NCBI GenBank assembly: GCA_050252135.1
Contig: JBFWLN010000001.1
Location: 341,721 to 365,720 of the forward strand
DNA length: 24,000 bases
Direction of reading: 5' to 3'
DNA from: Desulfobulbus sp.
Lineage (GTDB): Bacteria; Desulfobacterota; Desulfobulbia; Desulfobulbales; Desulfobulbaceae
Made by a program: the position numbers and the translations under genes. Positions 15,938-24,000 of the stretch are shown here, in pieces (position 1 is the first letter of the stretch; the number at the start of each line of letters is the position of its first letter). The notes beneath the pieces were generated by a model. That model made no database searches. It had not been told where the DNA came from and saw only the letters and a list, made by a program, of their open reading frames with translations.

Positions 15938-16225
15938 ATGAAAGGATATCAATATCTTCGAGGAGTAGCCACTCTCCAGGTCTATCAAGAACGTTGCATT
16001 GGCTGCGGCGCCTGTGTTCAGGTGTGCCCGCACCGAATCTTGACCTTGACCGGAGGCAGGCTTGTGGTGCGAGAGAGGGACCTATGCATGGAATGCGGGG
16101 CCTGCGCCCGAAACTGCCCGACGGAGGCCGTCACGGTGACCCCGGGCGTGGGGTGCGCGATGGCCATCCTCGGAGCGTGGATAAATCGTTTTTTTGGCAG
16201 AAAGATGTTTTCCGATTGCTGTTAA
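15938..16225 (+). CDS. hgcB: Mercury methylation ferredoxin HgcB (2x[4Fe-4S])
   Basis: 95 aa with CIGCGACVQVCP, the HgcB-diagnostic CMECGACARNCP, an extra conserved Cys in GVGCA, and a C-terminal CC pair (...SDCC*). Confidence 0.9.
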   Translation: MKGYQYLRGVATLQVYQERCIGCGACVQVCPHRILTLTGGRLVVRERDLCMECGACARNCPTEAVTVTPGVGCAMAILGAWINRFFGRKMFSDCC

Positions 16226-16244
16226 CAAGTGGGTATCCAACTCA

Positions 16245-17219
16245 ATGAACGAGCAATTTCCCCGACCCAGAATTCTTGTCAGCCGGTGTTTGGGTTTTGC
16301 AGCCTGCCGTTACGACGGCGCGATTCTTAAAAATAGTTTTGTCGAACAGTTGCAGTCCCAGGTCGACCTGATTCCGGTCTGCCCGGAGGCCGACTGTGGC
16401 CTAGGCATTCCCCGGCCGCCAATCCGGCTCTGTAGCTCCGAACAGGGATTGGTTGTCTACCAGCCTGCGACAAGCCGCGATGTCACCGCCCGGCTGCAGG
16501 CTATGATCGCAACCATTCTCACCGAAAATCCTCAGGTGGATGGCGCCATATTAAAAAGCAAGTCACCCAGCTGTGGCCTATTTGACGCCAAGATCTACCA
16601 GGGGGTCGAAAAGCCGCAGCCGCTTGGGAAAGGAGCCGGTGTTTTTGGGGAACAGGTTTTGCGGCACTGCGTCGGGGGGGCCATCGACGACGAGATGCGC
16701 TTAACCAACATTATCCTCCGCGAGCATTTTTTGATCAAGGCCTTTACCCTGGCCCGCATCCGGGAGTTGAGCACGCGACCGACCATGGGAGCGCTTGTAG
16801 CCTTTCATGCCAGCCACAAACTGCTTTTTCTCGCCTATAATCAGAGCCATTTCCGCCTTGCGGGCAAGATCGTGGCCAACCAGGAGAAACTGCCGGTCGC
16901 CGAGGTGGTTCAGCGTTATCGTGAGCAACTGGTGCATATCCTGGAAACACCGATGCGCATCCCCGGGGTGATCAACACCCTCTACCATGCATTCGGCTGG
17001 ATTTCCGAGCATCTGGGAGCAGAAGAAAAACAGTACCTGATCAACACCATCGAAGAGTACCGCGATGAGCGCCTACCGCTGCAGGCGGTCACCCGTTTAA
17101 TCGAGGCCCACGCCCTTCGATTCAGCAACGAATACCTTCTCAGCCAAATTTTCCTTCGTCCTTACCCCCGCGCCCTGGCTGGTTTGCACGATTCCGGCCG
17201 GGGGCGCGAGGTCCGCTGA
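16245..17219 (+). CDS. DUF523 (TudS-like [4Fe-4S] desulfidase fold) / DUF1722 (YbgA-like) fusion protein
   Basis: ILVSRCLGFAACRYDG, PVCPEADCGLGIPRPP and KSKSPSCGL are the DUF523 Cys motifs. The C-terminal half (FHASHKLLFLAYNQSHFRLAGKIVAN) is YbgA-like. ATG 16245 lies 19 nt after the hgcB stop. Confidence 0.75.
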   Translation: MNEQFPRPRILVSRCLGFAACRYDGAILKNSFVEQLQSQVDLIPVCPEADCGLGIPRPPIRLCSSEQGLVVYQPATSRDVTARLQAMIATILTENPQVDGAILKSKSPSCGLFDAKIYQGVEKPQPLGKGAGVFGEQVLRHCVGGAIDDEMRLTNIILREHFLIKAFTLARIRELSTRPTMGALVAFHASHKLLFLAYNQSHFRLAGKIVANQEKLPVAEVVQRYREQLVHILETPMRIPGVINTLYHAFGWISEHLGAEEKQYLINTIEEYRDERLPLQAVTRLIEAHALRFSNEYLLSQIFLRPYPRALAGLHDSGRGREVR

Positions 17220-17230
17220 GGACGGCGCGT

Positions 17231-17626
17231 TCAATTTTCCTGAGATTGACTTTGAATCGTCTTCAACAAGGCTTGCAAGCCGATAGCCTGGAGCACTGTC
17301 AAACATTCATCATGATGGAAGAATCCGGCCATAACTGCGGCAAACTGGGTGGCAAGAAAGACCATCTCGCCGTCTTCCTCCTTGGCCAGTAAACGACGGC
17401 ACCCGGCGATATCATCGGTTTCCACCGCTCCGATGATATCGTTGAGCCAATCGAGCTGACTCTCCTCAAAATGAAACTCCACCATGGCCTGGGCGTACAT
17501 GGATACAATCGCAGCCCGGTGGTCGTAAATGGCATCCAGATCATTCTCCTGGGCAGCGTCCAGCACCTGTTCAATCTGCTCCAGCAGTTCCTGAACATCC
17601 TGATTTTCCTGATTTTCTTCATTCAT
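17231..17626 (-). CDS. Small acidic hypothetical protein (131 aa)
   Basis: ATG 17626 has AGGAGA 6 nt upstream. The protein is strongly acidic and helical (MNEENQENQDVQELLEQIEQ...). It is the last gene of the pta-eamA operon. I recognise no family. Confidence 0.55.
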   Translation of the reverse strand: MNEENQENQDVQELLEQIEQVLDAAQENDLDAIYDHRAAIVSMYAQAMVEFHFEESQLDWLNDIIGAVETDDIAGCRRLLAKEEDGEMVFLATQFAAVMAGFFHHDECLTVLQAIGLQALLKTIQSQSQEN

Positions 17627-17659
17627 ATGGCGTCTCCTATGCAATGCGATGGGTAGATT

Positions 17660-18541
17660 TCAACGTGACTCCCGCCCGGACTGCATCCCCATATAGAGAG
17701 CAAGCAAGGTGCCCGTTACACCTACCCAGTTTATCACGCTGGTCGGACGATGAAACAACAATACGTCCCAAAGAAAAGAAAGCAGTGGTTGAAAGAGGAG
17801 AATAAACCCGGTCAGAGAGGCACGCATTCGCGGCATACCGCCTGCGATCAAAGCCCAACCGAGGGTTTGGCTCAAGAGGCCAAGAGCTAACAACGCTAGC
17901 CAGCTGATCCTATCGGGGATAGCAAGGGAGGTGCCGGTGGCTCCCAGAAAGATACCTAAAAATAGCGCACTTGCCCCGGAAACCAGCATCAGGTTGAAAA
18001 AGAAGGAAAACTCACGCGCCTCGGTCTGGAGTTGACGCAAAATGAGCAAAAAGCCGCTGTAGCACAGCGCAGTCAAAAGCCCAAGCACCACTCCCCAACG
18101 ATACTCTTCTCCCAGAGCCTGCCAAGGACCGCCTACCAGCAGATACAGCCCCAGAAGCGCCAATGGCACCGCAAAGAGAAAGCGAAGATGCAGTCGTTCA
18201 CCCAAAAACAGTACCCCAACGGCGGTGAGCAAATAGACCTGGAAGTTGCCGAGAATGGTAGCCAGGCCCAGGCCGACATATTGGATACTGGCATGCCAGC
18301 AATAAAGATCTAAAGCAAACAGCAATCCGCAGACAAGCCCCCAGAACAAAAGCCGTTTATTAATCGGATGGTATTCACCGCGCAGAATGCAGATCAACAG
18401 CAAGAATAAAAATCCGAAAAAAACGCGGTAAAAGGCGGAGACCGTGGGCGGAACCGTGGCTACCTTCACCCAGACCGCGGAGAAAGAGATGCAGAAGGCT
18501 CCGATCAGTATCGCGGCCAAGGCAGGCAGACGGGTCAACAT
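17660..18541 (-). CDS. EamA/DMT-superfamily transporter (10 TM)
   Basis: A hydrophobic ~293-aa protein with the duplicated 5-TM EamA-like layout. ATG 18541 lies 5 nt after the pta stop. The alternative TTG 18550 overlaps it. Confidence 0.8.
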   Translation of the reverse strand: MLTRLPALAAILIGAFCISFSAVWVKVATVPPTVSAFYRVFFGFLFLLLICILRGEYHPINKRLLFWGLVCGLLFALDLYCWHASIQYVGLGLATILGNFQVYLLTAVGVLFLGERLHLRFLFAVPLALLGLYLLVGGPWQALGEEYRWGVVLGLLTALCYSGFLLILRQLQTEAREFSFFFNLMLVSGASALFLGIFLGATGTSLAIPDRISWLALLALGLLSQTLGWALIAGGMPRMRASLTGFILLFQPLLSFLWDVLLFHRPTSVINWVGVTGTLLALYMGMQSGRESR

Positions 18542-18546
18542 CGGGA

Positions 18547-20682
18547 TCAATCAGCAAGACGCGTTGTTGGTGGCAGCGCTGAAGCCTCAACAGACAGCGC
18601 CTGAGCCTGAATGGCGGTGATAGCCACAGTGTTGACGATGTCGGAGACGAGACAGCCACGGCTGAGATCGTTAACCGGTTTGTTGAGCCCCTGAAGGATC
18701 GGACCGATGGCCACGGCTCCAGAGGACCGCTGCACGGCCTTGTAGGTGTTGTTGCCGGTATTGAGGTCGGGAAAAATAAAGACACTGGCACGGCCCGCCA
18801 CTTCGCTCTCGGGCATTTTTTCATGCGCCACCGACAGATCAATGGCAGCATCATACTGGATTGGGCCGTCGATCTTCAAATCAGGACGGTGTTGTCGAGC
18901 CAGTTCCACCGCACGGCGCACTTTATCAACCTCCTCCCCCTGTCCGGAAGTACCGCTGGAATAGGAAAGCATGGCCACGATCGGCTCGATGTTGAACATG
19001 GCCGCAGTTTCCGCAGAGCGGATGGCGATTTCCGCCAACTGCTCGCTGTTTGGATTGGGATTGACCGCGCAGTCCCCGTAGACCAGCACCCGGGTATCCA
19101 GGCACATGAAAAAAACACTGGAGACCACTGACACCCCAGGTCGGGTACGAATGATCTGAAAGGCCGGCCGCACCGTATGCTGGGTGGTATGCACCGCCCC
19201 CGAAACCATGCCGTCGGCATAGCCGGTATGGACCATTAGTGTGCCGAAATAGCTGACATCATTGATAGCATCACGAGCGTAATCCCGAGTGGACCCCCTA
19301 TGCTTGCGGGCCTGATAGAGGCTTTCAACCAACTCCTCACGCAGGGGCGAGGTCCTGGGATCGATGATAGCCACATCCTGAAGTTTCAAACCCAGGGCCG
19401 CAGCTCGGCTGCGGATGGTCTTCTCCTCACCGAGCAGGGTTAAGTTAACCACTTCGCGGGCACGTAGGATCTCGGCTGCCTGGAGGATTCGGTCCTCCTC
19501 GCCCTCTGGAAAGACAATATGCTTGCGATCGGCGCGGGCTCGCTGAAAAAGGGTATATTCGAACATCAAGGGCGACATGGTGGTGGTCACGGTTTCAATC
19601 ACCTGCTGTTCCAGGGCGGTTGCATCAACGTGGCTCTCGAACACACCCAAGGCGCGGGCTATTTTTTGCGCGTTCCTGGGCCGCAGGGTTCCCTTAACGG
19701 CCGCGGCGCGGGTGGCGGCAGTATAGGTATCTCCGGGCATGAGATAAATCGGCAAGGGGAGGTCATCGATCCCATTGAGTAAACGAACCATGGATGAACT
19801 CGGCTCCAGATTGCCGGAGAGCAACAGGCCCGCAGGGGTTGGATAATTACGTGAGGCAATCGCCCCCAGGGTGGCAAAAATGATATCCGGACGATCGCCG
19901 GGCGTGACCACCAGATCATCCTCCTCAAGAAAATCAATGTAATTGGCCGGACTCATTGCCGCGACCTTGATTGCATGGACATCACGCTGCAACCCGGCCT
20001 CTGGGCCGCTGAAATGGCGGGCACCGAGATCCTCGATAATCTCTTCCATGGTCGGCATGCTGAATCCATGCATTTCGGGCAAAAAATCAAGCCGATAAGG
20101 TCCCCCCTGATGGTTTGCTCGAATTTCCGATTCAGCCGTTTGCAGCAGATCGGGATCGATCCGATTCACAAACACAGCCAACAATGGACACTGGTACTGC
20201 TCGTAGAGCTGTTCAGCTATGCGGATATTTTCTTCTATCTCCTCAATATTCCGCTCATGGCCATTCACCACATGCAGGGTAGGAGCTCCCAATTCCCTGG
20301 CGATGCGAATACTGATGTCGTAGTCAAAAGCCTCGGACATACCAACAATGTTAGGCCCTTCACAGAGAAGGAAGTCGCATTTTTTCCGAACCTCTCCATA
20401 TTTGCGCACGATCTCCCGAAAAAGGAGCCGTTCCTCGCCATCAGCGATCAGCGTGCGGGCCAGTTCGTGACTGACCCCGGCCATTTCATCAAAACGCAAA
20501 GTAAGACCATAACGATCCTTAATCAGAGCAATATCATTATCCTCACGACCATCGCCGGAAATAATCGGCCGAAAAAAGCCGATCCGTTCGATTCGTCGTG
20601 AGAGCAATTCCATAACCCCAAGGGTTACCACCAGTTTGCCACACTCTTTTTCAAGATTGGCGATATACAAACAGTCTGCCAT
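18547..20682 (-). CDS. pta: Phosphate acetyltransferase, long form (N-terminal DRTGG/P-loop-like domain plus PTA domain)
   Basis: About 711 aa. The C-terminal half matches the E. coli Pta motifs as I recall them (GAVHTTQHTVRPAFQII, YGDCAVNPNP, MLSYSSGTSG, FIFPDLNTGNNTYKAVQRS, PVNDLSRG). ATG 20682 has AGGTGA 5 nt upstream. Confidence 0.95.
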   Translation of the reverse strand: MADCLYIANLEKECGKLVVTLGVMELLSRRIERIGFFRPIISGDGREDNDIALIKDRYGLTLRFDEMAGVSHELARTLIADGEERLLFREIVRKYGEVRKKCDFLLCEGPNIVGMSEAFDYDISIRIARELGAPTLHVVNGHERNIEEIEENIRIAEQLYEQYQCPLLAVFVNRIDPDLLQTAESEIRANHQGGPYRLDFLPEMHGFSMPTMEEIIEDLGARHFSGPEAGLQRDVHAIKVAAMSPANYIDFLEEDDLVVTPGDRPDIIFATLGAIASRNYPTPAGLLLSGNLEPSSSMVRLLNGIDDLPLPIYLMPGDTYTAATRAAAVKGTLRPRNAQKIARALGVFESHVDATALEQQVIETVTTTMSPLMFEYTLFQRARADRKHIVFPEGEEDRILQAAEILRAREVVNLTLLGEEKTIRSRAAALGLKLQDVAIIDPRTSPLREELVESLYQARKHRGSTRDYARDAINDVSYFGTLMVHTGYADGMVSGAVHTTQHTVRPAFQIIRTRPGVSVVSSVFFMCLDTRVLVYGDCAVNPNPNSEQLAEIAIRSAETAAMFNIEPIVAMLSYSSGTSGQGEEVDKVRRAVELARQHRPDLKIDGPIQYDAAIDLSVAHEKMPESEVAGRASVFIFPDLNTGNNTYKAVQRSSGAVAIGPILQGLNKPVNDLSRGCLVSDIVNTVAITAIQAQALSVEASALPPTTRLAD

Positions 20683-21113
20683 GGAATTCACCTGGGTAAC
20701 AAAAAAATTTAAGAGAAGGACGTCGCATCTTAGTTGAACCCCACCAGCAATACAAGCCTATTTCTCTTGTATTTTCAAGCCAATGGACCTGATAACTTTC
20801 ATTTGCGCCTTGGGGTTCATCAACACAAGCTAACATACAAAATTATGCGTTACGAAAAACTAGAATGAACGTGCAATGGACAATTAGGATACACTTAATT
20901 TTTTGGACCCCATGCCTTGATTTTCTTTAGGAATTTTTTTTTTCTTGACAAGATACGAGACAGTAACGTTGTGGGACAAACTGAGTGGGGAGTCAGGAGG
21001 TGCCGAATATACTTACAGTTTATACTGAATGGCAAATCATTGTTTGGCACCCCTGAACGTCAAACTCCGCGAAAAAATGGCAAAAATCGGTATCAACACC
21101 TTGATTTTGTTCG

Positions 21114-21142
21114 TTGACAGCCATTTCCTTCTCCTTTATAGT
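21114..21142 (+). promoter_or_regulatory. Strong sigma70-like promoter candidate upstream of satP
   Basis: TTGACA (21114-21119), a 17-nt spacer, then TATAGT (21137-21142). This would give a ~360-nt leader before ATG 21511. Confidence 0.5.
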
Positions 21143-21510
21143 CACCGCTAATTTGACAAAGGGGATTCAGGCTAATCTATATGCTAAGGGGGTGATATTT
21201 AAGAAGTTAGTAAAAATTATCAATAAAATGAGCAATGCTTCAAGGGGGGAGGAAGATAAGTTATTTGTTTCTATAACTGAATAAATTGACTCAAATTTTA
21301 TTGCCTGGATTTTTACCTTTAATACCGTAAGTGTTCTTCTAGTTGTTTGATGTAACCAAAAGCAGTGTGTCGACATCGCGATAACCTAAAAACTAGATAT
21401 TGCGATGGGGTTTTAAGTTATGTTTTACCGTTTACTTGTGAAAGTAGTCGATAGGTACACTTAACCTGTCACGTTCGTGGCAAGAGACAATCACATCATA
21501 GGAGAAAGAT

Positions 21511-22098
21511 ATGGCAGATGTAAAACCCCAGGGTAATCCGGCAGTCGTAGGTCTTGCAGGCTTTGGTTTGACCACCATGATGCTTCAGTTCCACAACCTC
21601 GGCTGGATGGGCACTGGCACAATCTTTTGTACAGCTATGTTTGTCGGCGGATTGATGCAATTCATCGCGGGTTTCCAGGAATTCAAGTGCGGCAATAACT
21701 TCGGTTATAGCGCATTCTGCACGTATGGCGGATTCTGGATGGCACTCGGCCTTATATGGGCCCTGGCCGACCTGGTACCACCAACTTGGAAACATCTGAG
21801 CATTACCGGTAATGATATCGGGTTCTTCCTTGTTGCCTTCACCTTGTACACCGTTATCATGTGGATCGGCTCCATGCGTGTGCATATGGCCATGTTCCTC
21901 ACCTTCACCACCTTGATTCTCGGATTCATCGGCCTTGACCTGGTTTTCCTGGCTGGCATGAAAGAGAGCCTGTTGAAGCTGACCGCCATTGACCTGATTG
22001 TCTGTGCATCTCTGGCCTGGTACATGATGGCTGCCGCTATCTTTGCTCAGCTGTTTGGTCGTCCAATTCTCCCTGTAGGAAAGCCTTTAGTCAACTAA
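21511..22098 (+). CDS. satP: Succinate-acetate/proton symporter, GPR1/FUN34/YaaH family
   Basis: 195 aa with six hydrophobic segments and the family signature NPAVVGLAGFGLTTMMLQ (NPAPLGL.GF..TT). The RBS GGAGA is 5 nt upstream. Confidence 0.9.
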   Translation: MADVKPQGNPAVVGLAGFGLTTMMLQFHNLGWMGTGTIFCTAMFVGGLMQFIAGFQEFKCGNNFGYSAFCTYGGFWMALGLIWALADLVPPTWKHLSITGNDIGFFLVAFTLYTVIMWIGSMRVHMAMFLTFTTLILGFIGLDLVFLAGMKESLLKLTAIDLIVCASLAWYMMAAAIFAQLFGRPILPVGKPLVN

Positions 22099-22141
22099 TT
22101 CTCACTTGGGTGGTTACGCACCACCACGACAAAGTCTTTTT

Positions 22142-22178
22142 AAAAAAGGCGTCCCGTTTTTCGGGACGCCTTTTTTTT
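22142..22178. terminator. Bidirectional intrinsic terminator shared by satP (+) and the TauE transcript (-)
   Basis: GGCGTCCCG / TTTTT loop / CGGGACGCC, a perfect 9-bp stem (22148-22170), flanked by A6 (22142-22147) and T8 (22171-22178). Confidence 0.85.
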
Positions 22179-22478
22179 ATTGAATGAATGCACACTTCAG
22201 TTGAGTCATCACCATCATCAGGCAATATCCCTATCGACATAGGGCAGGATTAGCCAGGAACTCAGAAAAATCCAACCGGTGATCGGCCAAGGGACCATCC
22301 AAAATTTCTCCATTCCCCATAGGGAAATATGTATCCACTACGACCTGACCCAGCTAATATTCGCTGTACCTGCTGTGCCAGTATCGTGGACGATAGTTGC
22401 AGTAAGGATCATAGCCTTGAAATGCCCCCTGGCTAAATGAGAATTGGCGATGTTATTACGGCAAGGCTGGCCGATTGA

Positions 22479-23195
22479 CTAGCGGCAAAGCAACATCAGC
22501 CCCAGGAAGGCCAACAGCAGGTAAATAATCCGCAAATAGGTTGAGCGCGGTATTCTGTCACCGATGCGCGAACCGATCAAGGTACCAAGAAGGACAAAGC
22601 TAGAGGTGAGGGCAAAGAAATGCAGGGTAGAATCGGTGATGATGCCGTTACCGGCATGAACCATGGCGGTAACATACCCATTGATGACGAAAAATCCGGT
22701 CAGTGTGGCACGGATTTCATCTTTTTTCCAATTATGGAGGGTGGTGTAAATTATCGCCGGGGGACCGCCCGCGCCGACGGTGGCATTAATGGCACCGGAA
22801 AAGAAGCCTGCGATATAGCCCCAGATCCGTGGTGGGTTAATGGGCTTGGGGGTAAAACGCAGGTTCAGCAAACTGATGGCGATCAATACCACGCCCAATA
22901 GGCGGCTGATCACCACCGGATCGGCCTGTTTCAGAAATGCTGCACCCAGCAAAATTCCGGGAACAGATCCGGCCAGTAACGGTAGAATCTTTCGCCAATC
23001 GAGCAAATGCCTAAGGGTGTAAACCAGGGTTGTCGTCACGACCAACCCGTTGAGGATAGCCAGGGGTACCGCCTGCTTGACATCCATGATTAGGCTGAGC
23101 AAGGGGATAGCGACCAAGGCACCGCCAAAGCCCGTCAGGCCTTGGACACCGCCGGCGAGAAAAAAAATGCAGCAGGAAAAAACAGCAACCGTCAT
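22479..23195 (-). CDS. TauE/SafE (DUF81) family sulfite/anion exporter-like membrane protein
   Basis: Hydrophobic protein with the duplicated motif G(F/A)GG..(V/I)..P (GLTGFGGALVAIPLL and NATVGAGGPPAIIY). The start is uncertain among ATG 23195, GTG 23198 and TTG 23228, and none has a clear SD. Confidence 0.75.
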   Translation of the reverse strand: MTVAVFSCCIFFLAGGVQGLTGFGGALVAIPLLSLIMDVKQAVPLAILNGLVVTTTLVYTLRHLLDWRKILPLLAGSVPGILLGAAFLKQADPVVISRLLGVVLIAISLLNLRFTPKPINPPRIWGYIAGFFSGAINATVGAGGPPAIIYTTLHNWKKDEIRATLTGFFVINGYVTAMVHAGNGIITDSTLHFFALTSSFVLLGTLIGSRIGDRIPRSTYLRIIYLLLAFLGLMLLCR

Positions 23196-23611
23196 CACAT
23201 GGTCATGGGCGAGGTGTTCTGTTGGCAAAATTGCTGTACGGGAAAGCCACCACTATAGGTCGCCCCTCCCCTTACGTCCATCAATTCCGACATGCTGCCA
23301 TCAACCACCAATGCGACAATTTGTCGCCAATTCTGCAATTTTGTAAACAACACCACCATCAGGAGCTCTTACCAGCAACCAGGCAGGTGAACTCCATTTC
23401 AGCTATACGCCTCTACCCCTCGACATTCCATCCTTTTTCAAAAAAGTTTTCAAGAGGCCTGCCTATTGCATTGAATCAGGCATATTCGTTATTTAAAAAA
23501 ATAATAGCGAATGAATCCTACGGCAGAAGACACACCCTGCTTCCGGAAAATATCGGCGAATCAAGGATCATTTTTCCTTGCAGGTGCGAACGATTGTAAG
23601 GTGTTATTTTT

Positions 23612-23638
23612 AACGTTATTCTACAAACGAATAGCGTT
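23612..23638 (+). promoter_or_regulatory. Inverted repeat (candidate operator) just upstream of the ModE-like gene
   Basis: AACGTTATTC-N7-GAATAGCGTT (9/10 complementary), ending 4 nt before the AGGAGA RBS. Confidence 0.3.
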
Positions 23639-23655
23639 CTTCAGGAGAACCGGTT

Positions 23656-24000
23656 ATGAAAAAAACATGCATGACTCCACCCGATTGTTGCGTCATCATT
23701 GAAATGGAACGAGGAGCGAATTTAGGTTACCGCAAGGCCGTGCTTCTCGAAGAAATTCGGGCGTTGGGATCGCTGACCAAGGCGGCCAAAGTCTCGAAGA
23801 TCGACCAGCAACACGCCCGCGACTTGATCCAGGAAATGAACCGCTCTTTTTCCGAACCGCTCGTCTATTTCCTTGGTAACCCAAGCCTCTCGGATCGGGT
23901 GGAGCTGACAAATAAGGGGTTGAGTACCGTCAAGAGCTATTGGCTGCAGTTTGAGCCTGTCTGGCTCTCGATTATAGAGGAGCGCTCAAGGCACTATTGA
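23656..24000 (+). CDS. ModE N-terminal-domain-like winged-HTH protein (stand-alone, 114 aa)
   Basis: RKAVLLEEIRALGSLTKAAKVSKIDQQHARDLIQEMNRSF resembles the ModE/MopA HTH region (..SISQGAK..GISYKSAWD.INEMN) as I recall it. AGGAGA lies 7 nt upstream. The stop TGA is at 23998-24000. Confidence 0.65.
   Translation: MKKTCMTPPDCCVIIEMERGANLGYRKAVLLEEIRALGSLTKAAKVSKIDQQHARDLIQEMNRSFSEPLVYFLGNPSLSDRVELTNKGLSTVKSYWLQFEPVWLSIIEERSRHY

Noticed and set aside
21030-21060. Sigma-54-like TGGCA elements (TGGCAAATCATTGTT and TGGCACCCCTGAACG) in the pta/satP intergenic region, and TGGCAAAATTGC at 23223-23234.
   Set aside because: The GG-to-GC spacing is wrong (off by 1 to 3 nt), or the -12 TTGC element is missing.
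1-24000. Mobile elements, CRISPR arrays, rRNA/tRNA genes and prophage or defence islands.
   Set aside because: I saw no transposase or integrase ORFs, no terminal inverted repeats, no regularly spaced repeats and no structured RNA gene signatures when reading both strands.

Overview
The window is moderately GC-rich and gene-dense. It holds about 24 protein-coding genes on both strands. I found no rRNA, tRNA, CRISPR array, transposase or integrase. The gene content suggests an anaerobic Desulfobacterota-like (deltaproteobacterial) chromosome, but that is inference only. Recognisable genes are a PilZ-sirtuin pair, a periplasmic binding protein, and an operon of two YfcH/TIGR01777-type epimerase paralogues (one fused to an SRPBCC domain) plus an unknown polytopic membrane protein. 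Next come an RMD1/DUF155 protein, a membrane protein with a C-terminal Cys4 module, panE-panB, an AlaC-like aminotransferase and ilvBN. The rest are hgcA-hgcB followed by a DUF523/DUF1722 gene, a pta-eamA-small acidic protein operon, satP, a TauE/SafE exporter and a ModE-like wHTH protein. The standout is the mercury-methylation pair hgcAB. Its hgcA reading frame continues upstream through a single in-frame TGA that directly follows a Cys codon and precedes a GC-rich hairpin. This is a candidate Cys-Sec N-terminal extension and needs verification. Other points are a classical Val-rich leader-peptide attenuator upstream of ilvB, which is too short for the ORF track, and a long leader with two tandem intrinsic terminators ahead of the aminotransferase. 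There is also an ATGA-coupled PilZ/sirtuin pair, a decayed PflX-like radical-SAM remnant beside hgcA, and an 820-bp AT-rich pta/satP control region. All calls rest on reading the sequence and on remembered family motifs. No database search was run.
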